Assembly (NCBI GenBank): GCA_965207735.1
Contig: OZ242296.1
Span: forward strand, 4,256,001-4,320,000
Length of the DNA stretch: 64,000 nt
Direction of reading: 5' to 3'
From: Candidatus Versatilivorator sp.
GTDB lineage: Bacteria > Acidobacteriota > Terriglobia > Versatilivoradales > Versatilivoraceae
Under the pieces are notes generated by a model, which was not told the origin of the DNA, did no database searches, and worked only from the letters and a program-made list of their open reading frames with translations. Below are positions 55,774-64,000 of the stretch, in pieces; position 1 is the first letter of the stretch; each line of letters begins with the position of its first letter. The position numbers were made by a program, and so were the translations under genes.

Positions 55774-57024
55774 ATGACAGCCGGCGACAGCCAGCCCTCC
55801 CACCACGCCAAGAGCAAGGCGGACTCACACCGGCGAAACCTGGCCCTGTTCGTGCTCGCCCTGGTAACCCTGCCCTCCTGCCAAGCCATGCTCCTGGTCT
55901 ACGGAACCCGCCTCAGGGAATACTTCGCCATCAACGCCGAGCAGTTCGGGACGCTGTTCGGCACCCGCGGCTTGGGCCGTATACCTGCCCTGTTGACCAT
56001 TGGCCCACTGCTGGCCCGTATGGGCGTCCGGCGGGTGACGGCGCTGGCCACTGTGGGAGCCGGGATCGCCTTCCTGATCCTGGCCGTGGGAGGGACCCTG
56101 CCGGCCTTCCGGGTGTCCATGCCGGCCATGGGCTTTTTTCTGGGACTCTCCGGCATTGCCATCCCCGCTTTTCTGATCTCGCTCTACCCGGATCGCAAGC
56201 GGCGCATCTTCTCTGTCATGCTGGTGGCCTCGGCGGCACCTTCCATACTGACTCCGCTGCTGGCCAACGAGTTGTTGAAGTGGTCGGACGGGCGCGGGGA
56301 CGGCGCTTTCGCCACCATTCTTCAGACCCCATTCGTTTTTTGCGGTGGAGCGCTGCTGCTGGGAGGCCTGCTGCTGGGTCTGGCCAAACTGAAGGAGTCC
56401 CGGACCGAGCTGGAAAAACCCCATCGCATCCGGGTCAGCCAGTTGCTGCACCTCCGTTCCCTGGCTATCGTTCTGATGCTGTCTCTCCACGCCGCCGCCG
56501 ACACCACCCTCTACACCTTCCTGCCCATGTTCATGGCCAGCCAGTTCAAGCACCTCCCGCTGCCCCCGGCCACGGCGGTTGCCGGACACGGCCTGGCCTA
56601 CGTGGCGACCCGGACTTTGCTGTCATTCTGGCCCGAGGGGAAGTGGCACCGGGGCATCCTGTGCCTGGCGGGACCGCTGGGTGGAACCACCATCATCCTG
56701 ACCCTCTGGTTCGGACCGGCGGTCTCGGTGCCGATTCTCTATACCCTGGCCAGCATGATGTTCGCCGCCGAGTACCCGGTGCTGGTCAGCGAAGTCTCCT
56801 CGGAGTCCATGGCCGAATTCGGCTCCATCGTGGCCGGCGGCATGCTGGTCAGCGAGTTGATCGGCTTCGTTCTTCTCAAGGGAACCGGCAGGCTGGCAGA
56901 CCTTACCGGCGATTTCCGGCTGGCGCTGAGCGTGGCGGCCTGCGGTTTCCTGGCTTTCGGCCTGATTGCAGCCCTGACGGGCCTGGGGAAACGGACCCGG
57001 CCCGGGCAACCCTCCAGCTCCTAG
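55774..57024 (+). CDS. MFS transporter
   Basis: About 12 hydrophobic segments, GPLLARMGVRRV motif A-like loop, GRLADLTG. Confidence 0.85.
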   Translation: MTAGDSQPSHHAKSKADSHRRNLALFVLALVTLPSCQAMLLVYGTRLREYFAINAEQFGTLFGTRGLGRIPALLTIGPLLARMGVRRVTALATVGAGIAFLILAVGGTLPAFRVSMPAMGFFLGLSGIAIPAFLISLYPDRKRRIFSVMLVASAAPSILTPLLANELLKWSDGRGDGAFATILQTPFVFCGGALLLGGLLLGLAKLKESRTELEKPHRIRVSQLLHLRSLAIVLMLSLHAAADTTLYTFLPMFMASQFKHLPLPPATAVAGHGLAYVATRTLLSFWPEGKWHRGILCLAGPLGGTTIILTLWFGPAVSVPILYTLASMMFAAEYPVLVSEVSSESMAEFGSIVAGGMLVSELIGFVLLKGTGRLADLTGDFRLALSVAACGFLAFGLIAALTGLGKRTRPGQPSSS

Positions 57025-57076
57025 CCAGAATGTGCCTCAGACCGACAAGCAGCAAAAAGAGTTATCCACGAAGAAA

Positions 57077-57162
57077 ATTGTTGATTGCTGATTTCTGATT
57101 GTTGATTGTTGATTGAGAAGCAAAGACAACTGATATCGCCTCAAATCGAAAATCTACAATCA
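57077..57162. repeat. Degenerate heptamer array (ATTGTTG-type) with inverted counterpart
   Basis: ATTGTTG ATTGCTG ATTTCTG ATTGTTG ATTGTTG, then AAATCGA AAATCTA CAATCAA, between convergent genes. Confidence 0.7.
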
Positions 57163-57222
57163 AGATTCAGTACTGCCCCGTTAAAGGTGCAGGGGTGGTC
57201 TTTCCCTGGACCTCCCCCGCCC

Positions 57223-58605
57223 TCAGCGCTGTTCAATGGATGTGGCCCCCCTGGGGCAGACCACGCCGCCAAACCAGGCTGTCACCAGGAAGCAGGCCAG
57301 CGGCACCGCGTAGGCAATCCTGATGCTGCCGGTCATGTCGGAGACCTGGCCCTGGAGGGCCGTCAGCACGGCTCCGCCCAGGATGGCCATGATCAGCCCG
57401 GCTCCCCCGATCTTGGTGTCCTCGCCAAGCCCCTGCACCGACAGGCCGAAAATGGTGGGAAACATCAGCGACATGCACCCCGATATCCCCACCAGGGCAT
57501 AAACCCCGGCAGGGCCTCCCGCCAGAATCACCCCCAGGGTGCAGCCGAAAATGGTGGGAAACATCAGCGACATGCACCCCGATATCCCCACCAGGGCATA
57601 AACCCCGGCAGGGCCTCCCGCCAGAATCACCCCCAGGGTGCAGCCCATGGCGATCAGGGACATCAGGCACAGCAAGGCCCCCGGACTCAGGAAGCGCATC
57701 AGCCAGGTGTTGACGAATCGAGAGACGGTGAAGAGAATCAGCGCCGCCAGGTAGTAACTGGCCGCCTGATCCTCGTTCAGCCCCAGCTCCAGCATCACGT
57801 AGCGAATGGTGAAGGACCACACCCCGATCTGGGCGCCCACGTAGAAAAACTGGGCTGCCACCCCCCAGCGGTAACGGGACACCCGGATCAGCCTTCCCAC
57901 GGTAGCCGCCAACTCCAGGTCGCCGCCGCTGTCGGCAGCCCGGGGCCAGCGGGTGGCGGCAATGAGGACCCATACCAGGGTCAGGAACAGGGCCACCGCC
58001 ACGTAGGGTTCCATGACCGCCGCCAACTCCTCGGATTGAATCCGGCCGAGCTGCTCCCGACTCATGGCGGCCCGATCCTCGGCGCCGGCCCGGTTCAGCT
58101 CGGAGAGAATGAACCACTTGCTGAGAAAGACCCCCAGGATGGATCCGATGGGATTGAAGGACTGGGCGAAATTCAATCGCCGTGTCCCGGATTCCTCCGG
58201 CCCCATGGCGATGATGTAGGGATTGGCGGCGGTCTCCAGGATGGAGAGGCCCCCCGCCAGGATGTAGAGGGCCAACAAAAAATGGGCGTAGCTCATGGTC
58301 TTGCTGGCCGGAAAGAAAAGCAGCGCTCCGCACACGAACAGGCCGAGTCCCAGGAGCACCCCGGCCTTGTAGGTCCACTTCTTGACGAACAGGGCCGCCG
58401 GCAGGGCCAGGCAGAAGTAAGATCCGTAGAAGGCGATCTGTATCCAGGAGGTCTGGAAGTCCGACAGGCTCATGATCCGCTTGAAGGCCGCCAGCAACGT
58501 ATCGGTCATGTTGTTGGCCAGTCCCCACCAGGCGAAGCAACTGGTGAGCAGGACAAAGGGCCACAGGGCACGGCGGGGGATCAGCACTTTCGAGGGGGTG
58601 TCCAT
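57223..58605 (-). CDS. fucP: L-fucose:H+ symporter family permease with internal 33-aa duplication
   Basis: F..WG.ANN, Q.AFYG.YF, YK.G...GL, LET.ANPY, RLNFAQSFNPIG, AQFFYVGAQ, MS.MFPTIF, M.ILGGA. Confidence 0.85.
   Translation of the reverse strand: MDTPSKVLIPRRALWPFVLLTSCFAWWGLANNMTDTLLAAFKRIMSLSDFQTSWIQIAFYGSYFCLALPAALFVKKWTYKAGVLLGLGLFVCGALLFFPASKTMSYAHFLLALYILAGGLSILETAANPYIIAMGPEESGTRRLNFAQSFNPIGSILGVFLSKWFILSELNRAGAEDRAAMSREQLGRIQSEELAAVMEPYVAVALFLTLVWVLIAATRWPRAADSGGDLELAATVGRLIRVSRYRWGVAAQFFYVGAQIGVWSFTIRYVMLELGLNEDQAASYYLAALILFTVSRFVNTWLMRFLSPGALLCLMSLIAMGCTLGVILAGGPAGVYALVGISGCMSLMFPTIFGCTLGVILAGGPAGVYALVGISGCMSLMFPTIFGLSVQGLGEDTKIGGAGLIMAILGGAVLTALQGQVSDMTGSIRIAYAVPLACFLVTAWFGGVVCPRGATSIEQR
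57445..57645. repeat. Perfect 99-bp tandem duplication within fucP
   Basis: GCCGAAAATGGTGGG... starts at 57445 and again at 57544. The protein repeats GCTLGVILAGGPAGVYALVGISGCMSLMFPTIF. Confidence 0.95.
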
Positions 58606-58913
58606 TGCAGCCTCCAAACCGCCTGTCCAGCACGGGTTCTACAATTCCAGTGGGGCCGACGGGGGCTGTCTGCAGCCATTGCGGCTCGTGCAGACATGAC
58701 AAGGAGGCAAGGCTACTGGACTCGTGCGGTCGGATCAAGAGTTGGTGACGCCGCAAGCCAGACCGGCCTTCTTTCGAATTCCCTTTCGGAGGGACCCCGA
58801 CCCGCCTAGAATCGTTGCGCAAGGATCGTTGACGGAACCAGCAACGGTCCCGACACGACCCGTCCCGGTTGGGTGCCGTGGAGACACGGACCCGGACGAC
58901 AAGGGGGAAACGC

Positions 58914-61748
58914 ATGTCACTGTTGGTGAAGCAGAGAACCACTCGGATTGCCATCCCGATCCTGCTGGCCGCGCTCTGGACCGTGGTTCCGGGAGAAACC
59001 GGGTCCGACCGGGCATGGAAGACCTCCTCCTTCCTGGATTTCGTGGACGGCACCCTGACCGACGGTGGCGCCAACACCTACGTGGGGGCCGACGGCACGG
59101 TGCGGCTCGTCAACCTCTGGGACCTGAACGACGACGGCCAACTGGACCTCTTGTTCCCGAGCAGCCACGACCACAACGAGAAAGTGGACCTGTTCATCTA
59201 CTGGGGGAACTCGGGATTCGACTCCGCCGGCAAGACCCGGCTGCCCAGCAACGGGGGCAGAGCCGTGGCCATTGCCGACCTGAACCGGGACCGACATCCC
59301 GATCTCATATTGGTCAACCGCTTCAACGGCACCCGTAGCGATCTGGACTCCTACATCTACTGGGGCAGCCCGACAGGCTTCAAACCAAGCCGCCGCACGC
59401 TGCTGCCGACACGGGGCGCCGAGGCCGTGGCCGCCGCCGACCTTAACGGAGACGGCTGGCCGGAAGTGGTCTTCGCCAACAGCGGCTTGAGCTACCACGT
59501 TCCCGTGGACCGATTCAACCGGTCCTTCATCTACTGGGGCGCCCCGAGCGGCTACAGCCCGGATCGGCGCACCAGCTTGAAGACGGTGCTGGCCCGCGAC
59601 CTGGAGATCGCCGATCTGGACCGGGACGGCTCCCTCGACCTGGTCTTCGCCATTGAAGGAAACCGCGATGAAGAGTCGGGCGCCTGGATTTACTGGGGGG
59701 ACGGAAAAGGAGACTTCTCCGGGCGTCCGGTCACCAGGCTGCCCGGTGAGAGGAGCTCGGCAGTGGCCGCCAACGACCTCAACGGCGACGGCTGGCCGGA
59801 AGTGGTGCTGGCCAACCGCTTCAGGCTTCGGGCCCGGGAGATTGAAATCTACACCATCATCGATACGGTGGCCGTCGATTCCTACGTCTACTGGGGAAGC
59901 CCGGAGGGGTATGAGGCCGATAAGCCCAGCCGGTTGCCGACAGTGTCCGCTCTTGACGTGGAAGCAGCCGACCTCAACGGAGACCAAAGGCCCGACCTGG
60001 TCTTCGCCAACGGCGCCGGAGGGGCGTCCTACATCTATTGGGCATCGGCCGGCGGGTTCCACCCGCACAAGCGGTCGGCCCTTCCCACCTCGGAAGCTGC
60101 CGCCGTGGAAGTAGAGGATATCAATCGAGACGGCCATCCCGACCTGGTCTTCGCTCAGCGAGCGGACCGCCTGGCCCCGGACGACGGCTCACTCATCTAC
60201 TGGGGCAGTGACCAGGGATTCAGCCCCGACCGCACGCAGACGCTGCCCACCTTGAACGCCGCCGGAATCGCCATCGGAGACCTGGACTCCGACGGCAGCC
60301 CGGACCTGGTCTTCGCCAACAAGTCTGACGGAAGCCGCCGGGTGCCCTCCCTCCTCTACTGGGGAGCTCCCGAAGGCCGGTTCAGCCGGGAAGCGCGGTT
60401 GGAGCTCGGCAGCGGCGGCGCCGATTCCTACGCGGCGGCCGACCTGAACCGGGACGGATTCCCCGATCTCTTTCTCCCGGAAAAGCCCCCCGCCATCTAC
60501 TGGGGTGGCCGGGAGACCTATTCCCCCAGCCGGACTTCCACGGTGGACTCCGAGCTGGCGATTTCGGGAAGGTTCGCCGACTTCAATCGCGACGGCTACC
60601 TGGACCTGGCGCTGAGCGAGTGGCAGCCGGGACATGCGGAGACCAGTCTCCTCTGGGGAGGCCCCGGGGACTTTTCCCGGGACAACCGTTTTGTCTTCCA
60701 GGTGGGAGGGTTGCGCCACCACCACCTGGCCGACCTGGACCGCAACGGCTGGCCGGACCTCATCTTTACCAGCACCACCAGCCGGGAGATCGTTGTCTAC
60801 TGGAACGACCCGCAGGGCTTCGACAACACCCGCAAGACCCGCCTGCCCACCGGGGTCGCCGCCACCGTCGAAGTGGCCGACCTCAATGGGGACGGCTGGC
60901 TGGACCTCATCGTCCCCAACCTGTTCGATCCCGATCCGAGTCCCGACAAGCCTCAGTCCTTCGGCGGCTCCCCGCAGGGCAATACCTTCATCTACTGGGG
61001 CAGCCCCCAGGGCTATTCCTCGTCCTCCCGCCAGACTCTGCCTTCCGTCGGGAATGCCGACGTGGCCGTGGCCGACCTGGACCGGGACGGGCGTTTGGAC
61101 CTGGTGCTCACCAGCTACCACGCCGGCCACACCCGCAGCCACCCCTCCACCATCTATTGGAACAGCGACCAGGGGTTCCAGCCCGACCGGTTCACCCGGC
61201 TGCCCACCCACTCGGCCTCGGGCGTGCTGACGGCCGACTTCGACCGCAACGGCTACGAGGACATTCTCTTTTCCTGCCATTCCAGAGATGGGAACCACCG
61301 CAACCAGGCCTTTCTCTACTGGGGCGGCCCGGCCGGATTCTCGACCGAACGGCGCAGCCAGCTGCCGGTGCTGGGACCCCATTTCCTCAGCGTCATCGAC
61401 ATCGGCCACATCTACGACCGCGGCGACCGCTACGACTTCATCTCCCCGGCATTCGACGCGGGTCCCGGGGCCGTCTTCTCCACCCTGACTTGGAAGGGCG
61501 ACACCCCCTGGCGAACCGGGCTGGAGTTTCAGCTCCGTGCGGCCGAAACGCGCCAGGGCCTGGACGTCGCCCCCTGGCAGGGTCCCCGGGGGCCGGACAG
61601 CTTCTACCGAACCTCGCCGACCAGGATCGCAGGCCTGCCCCCAAAGGCCCGCTGGATCCAGTACAAGGCCAGCCTGATCAGCCCGGACTCCGCCAACAGC
61701 CCGGTGTTGCGATCGGTGTCGGTCGGGTATGGCCGGCAGGGTGAATGA
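58914..61748 (+). CDS. Secreted FG-GAP/VCBS repeat protein
   Basis: Signal peptide and many ADLN.DG.PDLVFAN...IYWG repeats. Confidence 0.9.
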   Translation: MSLLVKQRTTRIAIPILLAALWTVVPGETGSDRAWKTSSFLDFVDGTLTDGGANTYVGADGTVRLVNLWDLNDDGQLDLLFPSSHDHNEKVDLFIYWGNSGFDSAGKTRLPSNGGRAVAIADLNRDRHPDLILVNRFNGTRSDLDSYIYWGSPTGFKPSRRTLLPTRGAEAVAAADLNGDGWPEVVFANSGLSYHVPVDRFNRSFIYWGAPSGYSPDRRTSLKTVLARDLEIADLDRDGSLDLVFAIEGNRDEESGAWIYWGDGKGDFSGRPVTRLPGERSSAVAANDLNGDGWPEVVLANRFRLRAREIEIYTIIDTVAVDSYVYWGSPEGYEADKPSRLPTVSALDVEAADLNGDQRPDLVFANGAGGASYIYWASAGGFHPHKRSALPTSEAAAVEVEDINRDGHPDLVFAQRADRLAPDDGSLIYWGSDQGFSPDRTQTLPTLNAAGIAIGDLDSDGSPDLVFANKSDGSRRVPSLLYWGAPEGRFSREARLELGSGGADSYAAADLNRDGFPDLFLPEKPPAIYWGGRETYSPSRTSTVDSELAISGRFADFNRDGYLDLALSEWQPGHAETSLLWGGPGDFSRDNRFVFQVGGLRHHHLADLDRNGWPDLIFTSTTSREIVVYWNDPQGFDNTRKTRLPTGVAATVEVADLNGDGWLDLIVPNLFDPDPSPDKPQSFGGSPQGNTFIYWGSPQGYSSSSRQTLPSVGNADVAVADLDRDGRLDLVLTSYHAGHTRSHPSTIYWNSDQGFQPDRFTRLPTHSASGVLTADFDRNGYEDILFSCHSRDGNHRNQAFLYWGGPAGFSTERRSQLPVLGPHFLSVIDIGHIYDRGDRYDFISPAFDAGPGAVFSTLTWKGDTPWRTGLEFQLRAAETRQGLDVAPWQGPRGPDSFYRTSPTRIAGLPPKARWIQYKASLISPDSANSPVLRSVSVGYGRQGE

Positions 61749-61774
61749 TGGGTCGGGAAAGATGAATCGCGCCC

Positions 61775-64000
61775 ATGGCGACAGAGCTCATCGGCTACAG
61801 CGACAAGTTCAGCGCGGCCCCCGGAGAGAAGCTGGCATTCAAGGTCAGCACCGACCTGGCCCGATATGACGTCGCCATCGTGCGCCTCATCCACGGTGAC
61901 GAGAACCCGGCCGGACCGGGCTTCAAGGAGGAAGTAGTCCCCACCCCGGTCGACGGCCCCTACCCCGGTCGAAGGCAGAAAATCCACTGCGGATCCTGGC
62001 TGATGGTTCCCCACCAACCCGCGCTGAGGGATCTGAATTCGTTCACCCTGCAAGCCTGGATCTACCCCACGGGAACCGACAGAGGCGAACGGCAGGGGCT
62101 GGTCTCCAAGGGGTGGTCGACCGATCCGGCCGGGTACGGGCTGACTTTGGGGCCCAAGGGCGACCTGGAGTTGCGGGTGGGCTGCCGGGACGGCGACATC
62201 TGGAGCCTCTCGACCGGCCACGCCCTGCGAGGCCATCACTGGTATTTCGTTGCAGCCTCCATCGATGTCCCCAGCCGGCAGGTCCTTCTGCGCCAGCAAG
62301 AGTGCCTTGGACCCGGTCCGGACACCACCTCTTGCAGCGCCACGGGCACGCTTCCCCCGCAGGCGGCTCTCGACAGCGATGCCCCCTTGCTGATGGCGGC
62401 CGGACGGGCCCAGCGGCTCGACGGACGCATCCTGGGGAAGGAACTCTATGACGGCAAGCTCGACCGCCCCAGTCTCTTCCGACGGGCCCTGGGGGCCGAG
62501 GAGCTGGAGCAGTTGAGACAAGGGGCCTCTCCCCATCAGGTGGGCCGGCAGGATCTGGTCGCCGCCTGGGACTTTTCGAAGGAGATCCACACCTCCCGGG
62601 TCAGGGACCGGGGTCCCAACCAGCTCGACGCCACCGCCGCCAACATGCCGGCCCGGGCCGCCACCGGGCACAACTGGAGCGGACGGGAACCGGACTTCAA
62701 GCGGTCCCCCGCGGAATACGGCGCCATCCATTTCCACAGCGACGATCTGGAGGATGCGGCCTGGCGGACCGACTTCACCCTGGAGGTTCCTCGCGAGCTC
62801 GAGAGCGGCATCTATGCGGCCCGGCTCAGAGGCGCCGATCGGGAAGACCACATCCCCTTCTTCGTCAGGCCCGGTGAGGGGGCGTCGCGGGCTCGGGCGG
62901 CCCTGCTGATCCCCACCCTGACCTACCTGGCTTACGCCAACGAAAGGATGGACTACAGTCCCGGCCTGGCGGCCTTGATGGCCAGCCCGCGGCCGCTCAA
63001 TCGGGACCCGAGAGACCTCTACCTGGTAGACCACCCGGAACTGTCGTCCTCCCTCTACGACTTTCACCGGGACGGCAGCGGCTTCATCCATGCCTCCCGA
63101 TTGCGGCCCATTACCAACCTGCGCCCCAAGTACCGTAAATGGCGGAAGGGAGGCCCCCGCCACCTGGCCGGCGACCTCTACCTGGTCGATTGGCTGGAAA
63201 CCAAGGGATTCGACTGCGACGTCATCACGGATGAGGACCTGAACCATCAAGGCCTGGAACTGTTGCGGGACTACCGGGTCCTGCTGACCGGGACCCATCC
63301 CGAGTACACCACCGGGGCCATGCTCTCGGCCCTGGAGCAGTACCTGGGCCAGGGGGGACGGCTGATGTACCTGGGCGGCAACGGCTTTTACTGGGTCACC
63401 AGTGTGTCCGCGGAAAATCCCCACGTCATGGAGGTCCGGCGGGGGCATGCCGGGTCACGGACCTGGGAATCGGCTCCCGGAGAGGTCCACCACAGCACTA
63501 CCGGGGAGATGGGAGGGCTGTGGCGGCACCGGGGCAAGGCTCCCAACAAGCTGGTGGGAGTAGGCCTTTCCTGCATGGGCTGGAGCACGGAGTCGCCGGG
63601 ATATGCCCGGACTCCGGCCAGTCGCGACCCGCGGGCGGCCTTCATTTTCGAGGGCGTGGGCGAATGCGAGACCATCGGGGACTTCGGGCTGGCCATGGGC
63701 GGAGCCGCCGGAGACGAGCTGGACCGGCTCGACTTCGAGCTGGGGACCCCTCCCCATGCACTCCTGCTGGCCTCCTCCACCGGCCACAACCACCATTACC
63801 AGCAGGTCATCGAGGACATTCCCCAACTCAAGAGCGAACGGGTCTACGGGGGCAGCACCCATCCTCCGATTCGAGCCGACATGGTCTACTTCGAGACGGA
63901 CCACGGAGGGGCGGTCTTCTCGGTGGGGTCGATGAGCTGGTGCGGCAGCCTGTCCCACAACAACTATGACAACAACGTGTCCCGGATTACGGAAAACGTT
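61775..64000 (+). CDS. N,N-dimethylformamidase large subunit family protein with LamG-like insert (runs off the window; absent from the ORF track)
   Basis: Manual translation of segments: MATELIGYSDKFSAAPGE..FKVS, RLIHGDENPAGPG, GAIHFHSDDL, HIPFFVRP, PTLTYLAYANE, SLYD.H.DG, GTHPEY, MYLGGNGFYW, GGAAGDELDR, GGAVFSVGS. Confidence 0.85.
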   Translation, partial: MATELIGYSDKFSAAPGEKLAFKVSTDLARYDVAIVRLIHGDENPAGPGFKEEVVPTPVDGPYPGRRQKIHCGSWLMVPHQPALRDLNSFTLQAWIYPTGTDRGERQGLVSKGWSTDPAGYGLTLGPKGDLELRVGCRDGDIWSLSTGHALRGHHWYFVAASIDVPSRQVLLRQQECLGPGPDTTSCSATGTLPPQAALDSDAPLLMAAGRAQRLDGRILGKELYDGKLDRPSLFRRALGAEELEQLRQGASPHQVGRQDLVAAWDFSKEIHTSRVRDRGPNQLDATAANMPARAATGHNWSGREPDFKRSPAEYGAIHFHSDDLEDAAWRTDFTLEVPRELESGIYAARLRGADREDHIPFFVRPGEGASRARAALLIPTLTYLAYANERMDYSPGLAALMASPRPLNRDPRDLYLVDHPELSSSLYDFHRDGSGFIHASRLRPITNLRPKYRKWRKGGPRHLAGDLYLVDWLETKGFDCDVITDEDLNHQGLELLRDYRVLLTGTHPEYTTGAMLSALEQYLGQGGRLMYLGGNGFYWVTSVSAENPHVMEVRRGHAGSRTWESAPGEVHHSTTGEMGGLWRHRGKAPNKLVGVGLSCMGWSTESPGYARTPASRDPRAAFIFEGVGECETIGDFGLAMGGAAGDELDRLDFELGTPPHALLLASSTGHNHHYQQVIEDIPQLKSERVYGGSTHPPIRADMVYFETDHGGAVFSVGSMSWCGSLSHNNYDNNVSRITENV

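Overview
High-GC bacterial window, probably Acidobacteriota (inferred from an Acidobacteria-type VWA protein together with PSD1/DUF1501 clusters). About 1-20.9 kb is a visibly lower-GC accessory island with decayed mobile-element pieces (P4-like integrase halves, IstB, IS3-family ends, an IS66-like MITE) and restriction-like nucleases. Its core is an intact co-directional four-gene minus-strand cassette: PLD-SNF2 helicase, Hsp70-TPR protein, UvrD-like helicase, and N6-adenine methyltransferase with a type ISP-like specificity domain. A roughly 96-bp imperfect inverted repeat brackets this cassette, which is the best candidate for an undescribed defence system. The rest (21-64 kb) holds metabolic and envelope genes (BKACE, GH32, two PSD1/DUF1501 clusters, RNase D, AsnB, dipeptidase, lactonase, PhyH pair, PhoD, MFS/FucP, FG-GAP protein, and a DMFase large subunit running off the window). 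These are interspersed with one complete IS with a 4-bp TSD, several MITEs and REP-like repeats, a 1.44-kb DUF1501 duplication and an in-frame 99-bp duplication inside fucP. No rRNA, tRNA or CRISPR array was recognised. All calls come from reading motifs by eye; no database searches were run.
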